Assembly (NCBI GenBank): GCA_903824855.1
Contig: CAIJYI010000022.1
Coordinates: forward strand, 1-58,123
Direction: 5' to 3'
Source: an uncultured bacterium
GTDB lineage: Bacteria > Patescibacteriota > Minisyncoccia > Phycocordibacterales > CAIJYI01
Length of the DNA: 58,123 nt
Shown here one piece after another: positions 29,598-40,503 of the stretch (position 1 is the first letter of the stretch; each line of letters opens with the position of its first letter). Position numbers and translations under genes: made by a program. The notes under the pieces are model-generated. The model did no database searches. It was not told the origin of the DNA and saw only the letters and a program-made list of their open reading frames with translations.

Positions 29598-29684
29598 TCA
29601 TTTAACCCCCGAAATATTCGGGGGTTTTTATTATATTTTGTCAATTTGCACCATTTGAATATTTCGTCTATTATTAATTCACAT

Positions 29685-30698
29685 ATGGGATTCTTCACTA
29701 AAAAACTCGGCATCGACTTAGGGACGGCAAATACATTAGTATACGTTCCCGGAAAAGGTATCGTATTGAACGAACCTTCTGTTGTGGCTGTTTCTCCTCA
29801 CGATAACAAAATTCTTGCCGTTGGTTTAGATGCCAAGCAAATGATAGGACGTACTCCTGATGATATAACCGCCTATCGGCCTATGCGCGATGGCGTTATC
29901 GCCGATTATCGTGTCACCGAGGCAATGCTTCGTTATTTTATCAACAAAGCTCTCGGGAAATGGAGTCTCTTCAAGCCGGAAGTCATGATTTCTGTCCCCG
30001 CCGGTGTTACCTCAACAGAACGAAGAGCGGTCGTCGAAGCTGCGGTTCGAGCCGGAGCAAAAAACGCTTATGTCGTAAAGGAACCCATCCTTGCTGCCAT
30101 TGGAGCCGGAATTCCCATTCACGAACCGTGTGGCCATATGGTTGTTGATATCGGAGGAGGTACCACCGATGTCGCCGTTATTTCGCTCGGAGGTATTGTC
30201 GCTTCTAAATCTGTGAAATGCGCCGGAGACAAAATTGACCGCGCCATTGCCGATTATATAAAAAAAGTTTTTAACCTCGCCATCGGAGACAAGACGGCCG
30301 AAACCATCAAAATAAAAATTGGATCAGCTATTCCTTTAGAAGAAGAAATCGCTCTTATTATTAAAGGCCGAGATTTTATTTCCGGACTTCCGCGCTCTGC
30401 AAATATCAGCACGAATGAAATCGTAAAAGCGATACAAATGGAACTCATCGAAATCGTCAAGACAATTAAAGACGTACTCCAGGATACTCCACCCGAACTT
30501 TCCGCAGATATTATTGACCAGGGGATTATTATGACAGGCGGTTCTTCCATGCTCCGAAATCTTCCGGAATTAGTTTTCCGAAAAACAGGAGTTAAGGCTC
30601 GCCTCGCCGAAGATGCGCTTTATTGCGTCTCAAAAGGCACCGGAATCACTCTGGAACACCTAGATACTTATAAGAAAAGTATCATCGCAAAGAAATAA
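29685..30698 (+). CDS. mreB: Rod shape-determining protein MreB (paralog 1)
   Basis: GIDLGTANT, RPMRDGVIAD, VDIGGGTT, MTGGSS. Confidence 0.96.
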   Translation: MGFFTKKLGIDLGTANTLVYVPGKGIVLNEPSVVAVSPHDNKILAVGLDAKQMIGRTPDDITAYRPMRDGVIADYRVTEAMLRYFINKALGKWSLFKPEVMISVPAGVTSTERRAVVEAAVRAGAKNAYVVKEPILAAIGAGIPIHEPCGHMVVDIGGGTTDVAVISLGGIVASKSVKCAGDKIDRAIADYIKKVFNLAIGDKTAETIKIKIGSAIPLEEEIALIIKGRDFISGLPRSANISTNEIVKAIQMELIEIVKTIKDVLQDTPPELSADIIDQGIIMTGGSSMLRNLPELVFRKTGVKARLAEDALYCVSKGTGITLEHLDTYKKSIIAKK

Positions 30699-30747
30699 GC
30701 AGGCCATGAGCTTTTAAGTGTAAGCTTTTAGGATTGCTCATCTCATT

Positions 30748-31437
30748 ATGAATTCAAATTGGAAACAAAAAATAGGGAATAGGGAGAACGGGCTTTCTCA
30801 CCACGCTTTTCTTTTGGAGGGGGAAATTTCTTCAAATGTATTGGAATTGCGCAATTTTCTGGAAAGTGAAATGGAAATCGTCACTACTGCGAATCCCGAT
30901 TATTTCCAGTTAGTCTTAGAAACATTTGGTATTGATGATGCGAGAGATTTAAAAGAAACACAATCGCGCCACTCATTCAAGGAGAACGGGAAAAAAATAT
31001 TTATTATCGGTGCAAATATTTTTACCGTTGAAGCACAGAATTCTTTGCTTAAAGTTTTCGAGGAACCGACCGAAGGAACACATTTTTTTGTATTAACGCC
31101 ATCATCACAATTTTTTCTTCCAACACTTCTTTCGCGCGTTGTTTGTATCTATAATGAAGGGGGTTCCAACAACGAAGAGGTTACAGAATTTCTCAAAAAA
31201 TCCTATCTCGAGCGCTTGTTATTTGTTGTGGAACTTAAAGATGACCACGCTCATGCAAAACGTTTTATTGAAGACGTAACGAAATATTTTTACGAAAAAT
31301 ACCCCGCAGAAAAACGTTCAAAAGAAATATCAAAAACCCTTGAATTACTTATCGATTATCGATCCTATGCCAACGGAAAGGCACCATCTCTAAAAAATAT
31401 GCTTGAACATATAGCTCTCGTTGCCCCCGCACAATAA
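30748..31437 (+). CDS. holB: DNA polymerase III delta-prime-like subunit (reduced)
   Basis: HHAFLLEG, NPD, AQNSLLKVFEEP, LPTLLSR. Confidence 0.82.
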   Translation: MNSNWKQKIGNRENGLSHHAFLLEGEISSNVLELRNFLESEMEIVTTANPDYFQLVLETFGIDDARDLKETQSRHSFKENGKKIFIIGANIFTVEAQNSLLKVFEEPTEGTHFFVLTPSSQFFLPTLLSRVVCIYNEGGSNNEEVTEFLKKSYLERLLFVVELKDDHAHAKRFIEDVTKYFYEKYPAEKRSKEISKTLELLIDYRSYANGKAPSLKNMLEHIALVAPAQ

Positions 31438-31504
31438 AAAAGAATGCTTCTTTTTTTTCATTTTTTTTGATATACTTTATACATAATAAATTAATTAACT
31501 TTTT

Positions 31505-32056
31505 ATGGCATACGACTTCACCGCATTTAAAAAAGGACTTCTCACTGTTGAAGAATGGTTGAGTAATGAATATTTAACGGTGAGAACCGGCCGAGCAACC
31601 CCGGCTATTTTGGATAGCGTATGGCTCGAATCATACGGAGCGAGAACTCCGATAAAACACGTCGCCAGTATTTCCATCGAGGACGCAAGGACAATTCGTG
31701 TTTCTCCCTGGGATAAAGCACAAATAAAAGCCATTGAAAAAGCTATTGCGGAAGCTAATCTCGGACTTGGCACTTCTTCAGATTCTCAAGGGGTGAGAGT
31801 ATTCTTCCCCGAATTAACGGCCGAGCGACGCACGGCATTAATGAAAGTTGTTCGCGAGAAACTTGAACACGCACGTGTTTCAGTGAGATCTGAAAGAGAT
31901 GAAATTTGGAGTGATCTTCAAGAGAAAGAAAGAGACGGTGAAATAGCTGAGGATGAAAAATTCCGATTGAAGGAAGAAATGCAGAAATTTGTTGATTCAA
32001 CAAACTCCAAACTCGAAGAAATGTCCATCAGAAAAGAAAAAGAAATTTCCGAATAA
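31505..32056 (+). CDS. frr: Ribosome recycling factor
   Basis: RTGRATP, PWDK, PELTAERR. Confidence 0.97.
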   Translation: MAYDFTAFKKGLLTVEEWLSNEYLTVRTGRATPAILDSVWLESYGARTPIKHVASISIEDARTIRVSPWDKAQIKAIEKAIAEANLGLGTSSDSQGVRVFFPELTAERRTALMKVVREKLEHARVSVRSERDEIWSDLQEKERDGEIAEDEKFRLKEEMQKFVDSTNSKLEEMSIRKEKEISE

Positions 32057-32062
32057 TAACCT

Positions 32063-33172
32063 ATGAACATTATCATTTTCATCGTTATTCTTGCGATTCT
32101 CATTCTCGCACATGAATTCGGTCATTTTATTGTGGCTAAAAAAAGCGGAATTCGCGTTGATGAATTTGGCATCGGCTTTCCTCCAAAAATCTGGGGTAAA
32201 AAATTTGGCGAAACTGAATATACTATAAATGCTCTTCCTTTCGGTGGATTTGTAAAAATATTCGGAGAAACCCCGGATGAAGAATCTATTTCCGGAAGTA
32301 CTTCTTCCAGAAGCTTTGTAAATCAACCGAAATTAATTCAGGTTGCCGTACTTTCCGCCGGTGTATTTTTCAATTTATTGTTGGCGTGGTTCTTGCTTTC
32401 ATCATCTCTCATGCTTGGAACTACGTTTTCGTCTTCGTCTCCATTACCAAATGGTGTTTGGACGGAGAAGCCGGTACTGACGATTATTGAAGTTTTAAAA
32501 AAATCACCCGCTGAAAAAAGTGGGATAAATATCGGAGATAAAATTATTTCTTATTCTGAGTCTACCGATTTATCTGTCAGTACAAATTCAACACCTGAAC
32601 AATTTCAGAATTTCATTGCTACTCACGGTACTCATCCCGTTTCTATACTCGTAGATAGGGGAGGATCAAAAAAAACAATAACAATGACTCCTGTTGTAGG
32701 TGTTACCGGCAATAAACCTGCAATCGGCATTGGAATGGATATGGTCGGAACAATGAGACTTCCATTTACGCTCGCCGTTGTAGAAGGGGCAAAATTCACT
32801 GCGCTTTATACTTCTGAAACTTTTAAGGGCATCATGGGTCTGCTTTCCGCCTCGGTTCGTGGAAAAGCAAACATGTCGGAGGTATCGGGCCCCGTCGGTA
32901 TTGTGAAGATTGTCGGAGAAGCGAGCAAGCTCGGTTTCGAACGCCTTTTAACTTTGACGGCGATTATTTCTATCAATCTTGCCGTGGTAAATATTTTACC
33001 AATCCCGGCCCTTGATGGTGGTCGCGTTTTCTTTGTTCTTATCGAAGCGGTAAAGCGTTCACCAATCAAACCGAAGTTTGCGAATGCGGTAAATACCATT
33101 GGATTCTTCGTTCTTATTGCTCTCATTATTATTATCACCTTCAGTGATATCTGGAAGATCATCGTAGGTTAG
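32063..33172 (+). CDS. rseP: RIP metalloprotease RseP (M50 plus PDZ)
   Basis: HEFGH, PDZ domain, NILPIPALDGG; follows frr. Confidence 0.95.
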   Translation: MNIIIFIVILAILILAHEFGHFIVAKKSGIRVDEFGIGFPPKIWGKKFGETEYTINALPFGGFVKIFGETPDEESISGSTSSRSFVNQPKLIQVAVLSAGVFFNLLLAWFLLSSSLMLGTTFSSSSPLPNGVWTEKPVLTIIEVLKKSPAEKSGINIGDKIISYSESTDLSVSTNSTPEQFQNFIATHGTHPVSILVDRGGSKKTITMTPVVGVTGNKPAIGIGMDMVGTMRLPFTLAVVEGAKFTALYTSETFKGIMGLLSASVRGKANMSEVSGPVGIVKIVGEASKLGFERLLTLTAIISINLAVVNILPIPALDGGRVFFVLIEAVKRSPIKPKFANAVNTIGFFVLIALIIIITFSDIWKIIVG

Positions 33173-33223
33173 CATATTATAAAAAATCACAGAGCCAAGG
33201 CTCTGTGATTTTGTTTTGCACGA

Positions 33224-33628
33224 TTATGAAAATAATTTCATAAAAGGATAGGCAATAATAAATGTTAGTGCGGCCCCGAAAAGCATAATCGAAAGAAGAA
33301 GAGCAACAACCAAAAGTATGAAAAGATTAAAGATTACCTTAAAACCCCAAAATACATTCATTATGAATATGTAATCATTGCGAGATACCTTATTAGGCAA
33401 GGAATCTCGATAACAATCATCATATTCGTCCTGATTAAAATTCGGGTCATTGCGTCTCAAATTTCTTCGGTCACTAATAGTTGCAATCGGCCAGAAAACA
33501 TACATTTTCCAATCAGGTTTATCGGTCCTTGAATGAAAAGTGTCATACATATAATTGGAAATTGGCCTTCCAACATAAAAATAACAAAACACTAAAACAA
33601 AAATTCCAACTCCGGATAAAATATTCAT
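33224..33628 (-). CDS. Hypothetical membrane protein
   Basis: Hydrophobic N- and C-termini; GAGG SD; ends at a hairpin. Confidence 0.65.
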   Translation of the reverse strand: MNILSGVGIFVLVFCYFYVGRPISNYMYDTFHSRTDKPDWKMYVFWPIATISDRRNLRRNDPNFNQDEYDDCYRDSLPNKVSRNDYIFIMNVFWGFKVIFNLFILLVVALLLSIMLFGAALTFIIAYPFMKLFS

Positions 33629-33737
33629 GGGATACCTCTTTGTAATATGAACGGAAATCTATCAATAAGTTTGATATATTTTATATGGAAAGTCAAATCA
33701 TTTTGATTATTTAAATAAAAAATGGTAATCTGAATAA

Positions 33738-34979
33738 ATGAAACAATCTCAACTTTTCACTAAAACACGCAAAGAAGCACCTAAGGACGAGGTATCCAAA
33801 AATGCCGAGCTTCTCATTCGTGCCGGGTATGTCCATAAGGAAATGGCGGGGGTTTATTCCTATCTTCCGCTTGGTCTTCGCGTTCTACGCAAAATCAAGA
33901 ATATTATCCGCGAAGAAATGGACGCTATTGGCGGACAAGAGATTGAGATGACGGCACTTCAAGAGAAAAGTCTCTGGGAAAAAACTGACCGTTGGGATGA
34001 TTCAAAAGTTGATAATTGGTTTAAAACAAAACTAAAAAACGGCAGCGAACTTGGTCTTGGCTTTACTCACGAAGAAGCAATTACCAATATCATGACGAAT
34101 CATATTTCGTCATACAAAGATTTGCCGATTTATGCCTATCAGATTCAAACAAAATTTCGCAATGAAGCGAGAGCAAAAAGCGGAATTATGCGCGGGCGTG
34201 AGTTCTCAATGAAAGACCTTTATTCCTTTAGTGCGACGCAGGAAGATCTCGATATCTTCTATGAAAAGGCAAAACAAGCCTATGTAAATATTTTTGAACG
34301 TGCAGGATTGGGAGACCGAACGTTTATCACGTTTGCGAGTGGCGGATCATTTTCAAAATATAGTCATGAATTTCAAACCTTATCCATAGCAGGGGAGGAT
34401 ACAATTTATCTTTCGAGAAAAAAGGGCATTGCCGTCAACAAAGAAGTTTTGAATGATGAAGTATTAAAAGATCTTGATTTATCGAGAGAGGAATTGGAAG
34501 AGGTTTCGTCTATTGAAACCGGTAATATTTTCAAACTTGGGACGCGATTTTCAGAACCGATAAATTTAACCTATAAAGACGAAAAAGGTCAGCCACACCC
34601 TGTAATAATGGGTTCATACGGAATTGGCCCCGGACGCCTCATGGGGACGATTGTGGAGTCATTTGCGGACGAAAAAGGCATTATCTGGCCCGAAAGTGTC
34701 GCTCCTTTTAAGGTTCATCTCATTGATATCCGTTCGAAGGAAGCATCAGACAAACTCTACGAAAAAATGTGTAAACTCGGTATCGAAGTTCTCTACGATG
34801 ACCGCGACCAAAGCGCAGGGGAGAAGTTCGGTGGGAGTGATTTGCTCGGCATTCCATACCGCGTTGTTGTTTCAGGAAAGACGATTAGTTCAGGGCAGTA
34901 TGAAGTGAAGGTGAGAAAAAATGGGGAAGTGCTCATGCTAACGGAATCCGAATTATTTGCAAAACTTCAAGGTAAATAA
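33738..34979 (+). CDS. proS: Prolyl-tRNA synthetase (short form, no editing insertion)
   Basis: LLIRAGY, THEE, QIQTKFRNE.R...G.MR.REF.MKD.YSF, MGSYGIG; 413 aa. Confidence 0.95.
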   Translation: MKQSQLFTKTRKEAPKDEVSKNAELLIRAGYVHKEMAGVYSYLPLGLRVLRKIKNIIREEMDAIGGQEIEMTALQEKSLWEKTDRWDDSKVDNWFKTKLKNGSELGLGFTHEEAITNIMTNHISSYKDLPIYAYQIQTKFRNEARAKSGIMRGREFSMKDLYSFSATQEDLDIFYEKAKQAYVNIFERAGLGDRTFITFASGGSFSKYSHEFQTLSIAGEDTIYLSRKKGIAVNKEVLNDEVLKDLDLSREELEEVSSIETGNIFKLGTRFSEPINLTYKDEKGQPHPVIMGSYGIGPGRLMGTIVESFADEKGIIWPESVAPFKVHLIDIRSKEASDKLYEKMCKLGIEVLYDDRDQSAGEKFGGSDLLGIPYRVVVSGKTISSGQYEVKVRKNGEVLMLTESELFAKLQGK

Positions 34980-35041
34980 ATTTCTATAAAAAAACTCCGG
35001 CATAAAAACCGGAGTGTTTTTTGGTCGGCTATATCAGCCGA

Positions 35042-35341
35042 TTAAATTTTAAAAAAAATGAGTGAAGCAAAAATGAAGATTATCAGACCGCAGAAAATGC
35101 CGCCAAAGGCATATCGTGCTAATAATACTTTAAAAGTTTCATCCGATGGAGTATTGTTATCCATCCAAAAATACGTAAAAATGGGAGCTACTAATGCAAT
35201 ATATTGAGGATGCATTTTTGATATTATTTCAGCCGGAACGATTTGCAAATCAACGCCTGACTTGTAGGCGATGATGGTAACAAGTGAGGAAACAGCTGCG
35301 GCAAAAATGGCCAATACATTAATTTTTAATTTAAGTTTCAT
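35042..35341 (-). CDS. Hypothetical membrane protein
   Basis: Three hydrophobic segments; AAGGAGG SD. Confidence 0.65.
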   Translation of the reverse strand: MKLKLKINVLAIFAAAVSSLVTIIAYKSGVDLQIVPAEIISKMHPQYIALVAPIFTYFWMDNNTPSDETFKVLLARYAFGGIFCGLIIFIFASLIFFKI

Positions 35342-35526
35342 TGGTACCTCCTTTCAGTACGATGTAAAAACTAGCTCTGATTTTTATATTACTCATTTAT
35401 TTAAAATCTGTCAATGCTTTGTTCATCGACGCAAATATTATAAAAATATGATATTTTTCAACACAATATTGACTTCGGTCAAGTTTTGACGATAACAAAC
35501 CTTTGAAGTAGAATAGGGGTACTTCT

Positions 35527-36576
35527 ATGTTAAAAAAATTCAGAAAATTGTTTGATAATAATATTGGTATTGATCTCGGGACCGCCAATACTTTGGTCTA
35601 TGTGAGCGGCCACGGAATCATTATTAATGAACCCACCGTTGTTGCTGTGAATCAAAAAACAGGGCAAGTTGTGGCGGTAGGCCACGCGGCGAAGGAAATG
35701 CTCGGCAGAACGCCTTCACATATAGTCGCAGTCAGACCTCTTGTTGACGGCGTTATTTCAGACTTTGAAGTCACACAGGAATTGCTCAGTTATTTTATTA
35801 ACAAAGCTAATAAATTATCAAAAAAACTCGCTCGTCCACGAATTGTTATCGGTGTTCCTTCAGGAGTAACAAATGTAGAAACTCGCGCTGTTAAAGATGC
35901 GGCGAGAAATGCCGGTGCAAGGGAAGTCTACATCATCGAAGAACCAATGGCGGCGGCAATCGGAATACGGCTTCCTGTGAATGATCCGATTGGAAGTATG
36001 GTTGTCGACATCGGCGGTGGTACGACTGATATTGCGGTTATCTCACTCGGAGGAATTGTAAAATCAAAAAATCTTCGAATCGCGGGAGACAAACTAAACA
36101 GTGACATCATTTCATATATTCGAAACGAATTCAAAATTTTGACCGGTGAAAAAACTGCGGAAACCATAAAAATTAGTATCGGTTCCGTTATTAGAAATGA
36201 AATTCCTCTTGAAGCTCCGCTCCGCGGACGCGACCTTATTACAGGTCTTCCTCGGGAGGTTGTTATAACGGACTCAGACATTAGGGAGGCGATATCTCAA
36301 TCAATCGCAATGTTGATATCTTCCGTCAAAGAAGTTCTTGAAGAAACACCACCGGAAGTTTTGTCAGACATTATGAACCGAGGAATTATGTTGGTCGGTG
36401 GCGGAGCATTGATTCGAGGTCTCGATATAATCCTTTATGAGGAGCTTAGAATACCTATTCACATTGCCGATGATCCGTTAACCTGTATCGCGAGAGGCAC
36501 CGGCATAGTCGTTGAGAATATTAATTTATATAAAGAAGCTCTCATTTACGAGGATGACGAAGCACCACCTTCATAA
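35527..36576 (+). CDS. mreB: Rod shape-determining protein MreB (paralog 2, mre operon)
   Basis: GIDLGTANT, RPLVDGVISD, IEEPMAAAIG, VDIGGGTT. Confidence 0.96.
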   Translation: MLKKFRKLFDNNIGIDLGTANTLVYVSGHGIIINEPTVVAVNQKTGQVVAVGHAAKEMLGRTPSHIVAVRPLVDGVISDFEVTQELLSYFINKANKLSKKLARPRIVIGVPSGVTNVETRAVKDAARNAGAREVYIIEEPMAAAIGIRLPVNDPIGSMVVDIGGGTTDIAVISLGGIVKSKNLRIAGDKLNSDIISYIRNEFKILTGEKTAETIKISIGSVIRNEIPLEAPLRGRDLITGLPREVVITDSDIREAISQSIAMLISSVKEVLEETPPEVLSDIMNRGIMLVGGGALIRGLDIILYEELRIPIHIADDPLTCIARGTGIVVENINLYKEALIYEDDEAPPS

Positions 36577-36586
36577 AAATTACGCG

Positions 36587-37384
36587 ATGGTATATAAATC
36601 ATTTCAACCAAAAAAAGAAAAAAAGGGTGTAAAAAAATTCGCTATTTTTATTGCCGTTTTTTTGCTCGCAATTTTAACTATCTTTCCGTCAATTTTTAGG
36701 GGATTTTCGGCGTCTGCAAATAATGGAAGTGTTCCTTTTTTGATATTTGGAAATAATGTAGCCTCAAGTTTTTCGGGAGTCGCTTTCTATTTTAAATCCA
36801 GGCAGTCACTACTTGATGAAAACAAAGCTCTATCAGTAAAATTATCTAAGATGGAAGCTGAACTTTCGGGATTTGATTTTGTTGTTCAAGAAAATCTTGA
36901 GCTCAAAAAAAATCTGAAGGAAAATGTGGGGAAAAATATTTTTGCACAAGTAATAGCTCGTCCGAATGTGACGGCCTATGATACCTTTCTTCTTGATGCG
37001 GGAACAAAGAAGGGAGTAAAAATAAATTCAAAAATTCTTACCGACGGTATTTTTGCGATAGGTATTATTGATGAGGCATATGCCGATTCTTCAAAAGCGA
37101 GGCTCTATTCAACGTCCGGACAAATTACGAATGTACTTATCGGACCGAACAATATCCCCGTCGAAATACACGGCCTTGGTGGAGGTTCTTTTTCAGCCGA
37201 AGTTCCAAACAGTGTCGACATTCAGATAGGCGATGCTGTTATTTTAGCAGAAAGCTCGAATAGTATTATTGCAATTGTTCGCTCTGAGGAAAAAACAAAC
37301 GTCGATTCATTCCGAAAATTTTATTTGCAAAGCCCCGCGTCACTTTTTTCGCTGAAGTATGTTGAGATTGAGAATACAAAATAA
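36587..37384 (+). CDS. mreC: Rod shape-determining protein MreC
   Basis: TM, coiled coil (EN..L), A.VI.RP, D.G..GV; follows mreB. Confidence 0.88.
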   Translation: MVYKSFQPKKEKKGVKKFAIFIAVFLLAILTIFPSIFRGFSASANNGSVPFLIFGNNVASSFSGVAFYFKSRQSLLDENKALSVKLSKMEAELSGFDFVVQENLELKKNLKENVGKNIFAQVIARPNVTAYDTFLLDAGTKKGVKINSKILTDGIFAIGIIDEAYADSSKARLYSTSGQITNVLIGPNNIPVEIHGLGGGSFSAEVPNSVDIQIGDAVILAESSNSIIAIVRSEEKTNVDSFRKFYLQSPASLFSLKYVEIENTK

Positions 37385-37440
37385 TAATTATTTAAACAGA
37401 CATCATTATGATAGCCGATGATTTCCAGCATCAATCTCTT

Positions 37441-37704
37441 ATGAAACGTTGCGTGCTTCTCGTCGCGCTTTTTATTTCGGTTTTATATTTCCCTTGGTGG
37501 TGCTTTGTTATGGTAACTATAGTTGGTGGATTGTTGTTTAAGAACTACTTTGAATCATTTATCGCGGGCCTTTTTATGGATGCCTTCTATGGAACGAATG
37601 CCGTTTCTTTTCATAATTTTTTTCTTTTTTTTTCACTTTTATCCTTGGTAGTACTTCTCATTACAGCTATTCTTAAAGAGAAAATTCGTTTTCTTCAAAA
37701 ATGA
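37441..37704 (+). CDS. Short membrane protein at the mreD position
   Basis: Hydrophobic, GL..D..YG motif, between mreC and PBP2. Confidence 0.65.
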   Translation: MKRCVLLVALFISVLYFPWWCFVMVTIVGGLLFKNYFESFIAGLFMDAFYGTNAVSFHNFFLFFSLLSLVVLLITAILKEKIRFLQK

Positions 37705-39437
37705 TGTTTAGATTTAAACGAAATAGAAATACAGAGATAGACCCTAATGAGATTTTTTTGGATTCCAGAAATCTCCCTAATTTTAACGTACAACAATTTG
37801 AGGGTCGCATTGAAAAAACTCTTCCAAAATATACCGTCGTATCTCTCGGGATATTTTTTGTTATAGTACAGGCTATATTTCTTTGGAAAGTTTGGACACT
37901 ACAAATTTTACAAGGAAGTGATCTGAAAAAGAGAGCAGAAAATAATCGATTGGAGCAATCGACAATTTTTGGAGACAGGGGAATTATTTACGATAAAAAT
38001 AAAGTTCCGCTCGCGTGGAATGTTTTATCGGATAACGTGCAGCTCTGGGAAAATGCCACGACGACAAACGGTGCAAGTGACGCGCTTAATGATTTCTCAT
38101 TAAGAAAATATATTGATTCACCGGGATTCAGTCACATTCTCGGATACATCAGTTATCCGGCAAAAGACAGCTCCGGATATTATTATACGACTGAATATGG
38201 AGGAAAGGATGGCGTTGAAAAAATATATAACACTTCACTTAATGGAACTACCGGCATTAAAATTCAGGAGGTTGATGCATTGTCAAAGGTTCACTCAGAA
38301 AGTGTAATTGAACAACCAATAAACGGGAATGACTTAAACTTAACAATAGATTCTCGTGTACAAAAAGAATTATATAAGGTTATTTCTGATGCCGCGATAA
38401 GTTCAGGATTCCGCGCCGGGGCGGCTGTTATTATGGATGTAAAAACAGGCGAGATTCTTGCCATGACAAGTTATCCTGAATATTCATCACAAGTACTTAC
38501 CGATGGTTCAGATCGTAAAACAATAGCGAGTTATCGAACGAATACAGGAACACCGTATTTGGACAGAGCTGTTTCTGGTTTATATACTCCGGGATCTATC
38601 GTCAAACCATTCATGGCAATAGCCGCCTTGGATCTTGGGATTATTTCTCCTGAGAAAAAAATCTTAAGTACCGGTTCAATTTCAATTCCCAATCCGTATT
38701 TTCCCGATCAACCATCCGTATTTAAGGACTGGAAAGCTCATGGCTGGGTTGATATGAGAGATGCGATTGCTGTTTCTTCGGACGTATATTTCTACGCGAT
38801 TGGCGGCGGATATAAAGATCAAAAGGGAATCGGTATCGCAAATATAGATAAGTATATGAGAATGTTCGGGTTTGGCAGTAAAACAGGAATAGATGTTGAA
38901 GGTGAGGCAGAGGGCTCAATTCCAACCCCTGAATGGAAAGAGAAAAATTTCGCTGATGGAACGTGGCTCCTTGGTGATACCTATCATACCGCAATCGGTC
39001 AGTATGGATTCCAGGTTTCCCCAATTCAAGCCGTTCATGCGGTTTCCTCAATTGCGACAAAAGGCACATTAGTTACTCCTCATATCGTAATGAATTCGGT
39101 CATACAAAAAAAAGAACTTACAAATATTTCATCATCATATTTTGAGGTTGCCGGAGAGGGGATGCGCAGAGGAGTTCTCTATGGTATTGCCGGCGCACTT
39201 AATGTTCGCACCGTTAATATTGCCGCAAAAACAGGAACAGCTGAGCTCGGAGTAAAAAAAGATATGGTCAATTCGTGGATTACGGGATTCTTCCCTTATG
39301 AAAATCCGCGTTACGCTTTTGCCTTGGTCATGGAACGCGGACCTGTAAAATATACACAAGGAGCCCCCGCCACGATGAGATTGATGATTGATTGGATGGG
39401 AATCTACACGCCGGAGTATTTCAAGACGACTAAGTAA
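37701..39437 (+). CDS. mrdA: Penicillin-binding protein 2 (class B transpeptidase)
   Basis: RG.IYD, PGSIVK (SxxK), SSD, KTGTA; mre operon. Confidence 0.92.
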   Translation: MMFRFKRNRNTEIDPNEIFLDSRNLPNFNVQQFEGRIEKTLPKYTVVSLGIFFVIVQAIFLWKVWTLQILQGSDLKKRAENNRLEQSTIFGDRGIIYDKNKVPLAWNVLSDNVQLWENATTTNGASDALNDFSLRKYIDSPGFSHILGYISYPAKDSSGYYYTTEYGGKDGVEKIYNTSLNGTTGIKIQEVDALSKVHSESVIEQPINGNDLNLTIDSRVQKELYKVISDAAISSGFRAGAAVIMDVKTGEILAMTSYPEYSSQVLTDGSDRKTIASYRTNTGTPYLDRAVSGLYTPGSIVKPFMAIAALDLGIISPEKKILSTGSISIPNPYFPDQPSVFKDWKAHGWVDMRDAIAVSSDVYFYAIGGGYKDQKGIGIANIDKYMRMFGFGSKTGIDVEGEAEGSIPTPEWKEKNFADGTWLLGDTYHTAIGQYGFQVSPIQAVHAVSSIATKGTLVTPHIVMNSVIQKKELTNISSSYFEVAGEGMRRGVLYGIAGALNVRTVNIAAKTGTAELGVKKDMVNSWITGFFPYENPRYAFALVMERGPVKYTQGAPATMRLMIDWMGIYTPEYFKTTK

Positions 39438-39509
39438 AAATTTAATAGATACTTGACAATCTATCATTTGCTGTGTTATTCTTAATTCAGAAAAAAGAGG
39501 AGCCATAAA

Positions 39510-39761
39510 ATGAGAAAGAAAAGGTACAAAGGAAAAAGAGATTCGGTTTCTTTATATAAAACCTTGCTTGAAGCTGAACGACTTATTGCGAGCCAGGACA
39601 AATATCAACAATCGACCGGCGAGACACTTAAACGACTCATGCTTAAACTTATAGCAAAGAGAAAGCAAGAAGCAGAGGAAGCCGAGAAAAAAGCGATTGA
39701 TGATAAATATAAAAAGACCGGTCCTTATACGCATGCACAAGCAACTGCACCTAAAGATTAG
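39510..39761 (+). CDS. Small basic helical hypothetical protein
   Basis: TTGACA upstream, GAGGAG SD, hairpin plus T-run downstream. Confidence 0.7.
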   Translation: MRKKRYKGKRDSVSLYKTLLEAERLIASQDKYQQSTGETLKRLMLKLIAKRKQEAEEAEKKAIDDKYKKTGPYTHAQATAPKD

Positions 39762-40222
39762 AAACCATACTCCGACTATTTAGTCGGAGTATTTTTTTTA
39801 ATAGATAGCTATACTTGACGATATCTATTATAACGTGTTGAAATGCTAAAAAAGGCATTTTTGACCGAAATCGGAAAATCGTCAAAATTAAGAGGTTTGG
39901 GGTATAAAATAAGAGGATGTAAGTATCAACTATTTTTAACCACGAGCCGCACAAAAGGGCAGGAGAGTTTGAAAAAAAAATTATTGATCAAAATTTTATA
40001 ACAAATATATATTTGCATAATTATTTATTACCCAAAAACTAATCCTTCCACACCTCGGGGAGTACACAGACAGGCCCATCCATAGCCATATTGATATTAT
40101 GTGAACGTCGCACAATATATCTTTTACGACATTGAGTAATTGCGATTCCTATAATTACTTATAATAAAAGGCCGAGTAATCCCGACCTTGAATAGTTGGC
40201 ACGCTTATAATCGTTCAGATTA

Positions 40223-40483
40223 TTATTTTCCCGTTATTACCGGTGCAATATTTTTCCATCCTTCCACTAATATGTTTTTCCAAATAAACGCCACTACCCC
40301 GCCTATATAGTCATTCCAAGTTTGTTTGATGAAGTTGATCATCCTTGTTAGGAATGCGCTGATTTGCGGATGAGAATCAATGAAGCCCCTTACGTCTAAT
40401 TTAAAATACCAGATGATGACGCAAAAAACCAAAAACAAAATTATCATGTGAATAAAACCACCTTCTGTTTTTTTTGATTTCAT
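40223..40483 (-). CDS. Small membrane protein
   Basis: N-terminus KKTEGG/FI resembles a class III signal, followed by a TM helix. Confidence 0.7.
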   Translation of the reverse strand: MKSKKTEGGFIHMIILFLVFCVIIWYFKLDVRGFIDSHPQISAFLTRMINFIKQTWNDYIGGVVAFIWKNILVEGWKNIAPVITGK

Positions 40484-40503
40484 ATGTATTTATTTTTATA
40501 AAT

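Noticed and set aside
39800..40220. Gene or ncRNA in the long intergenic gap
   Set aside because: No ORF with a convincing start and no clear structure
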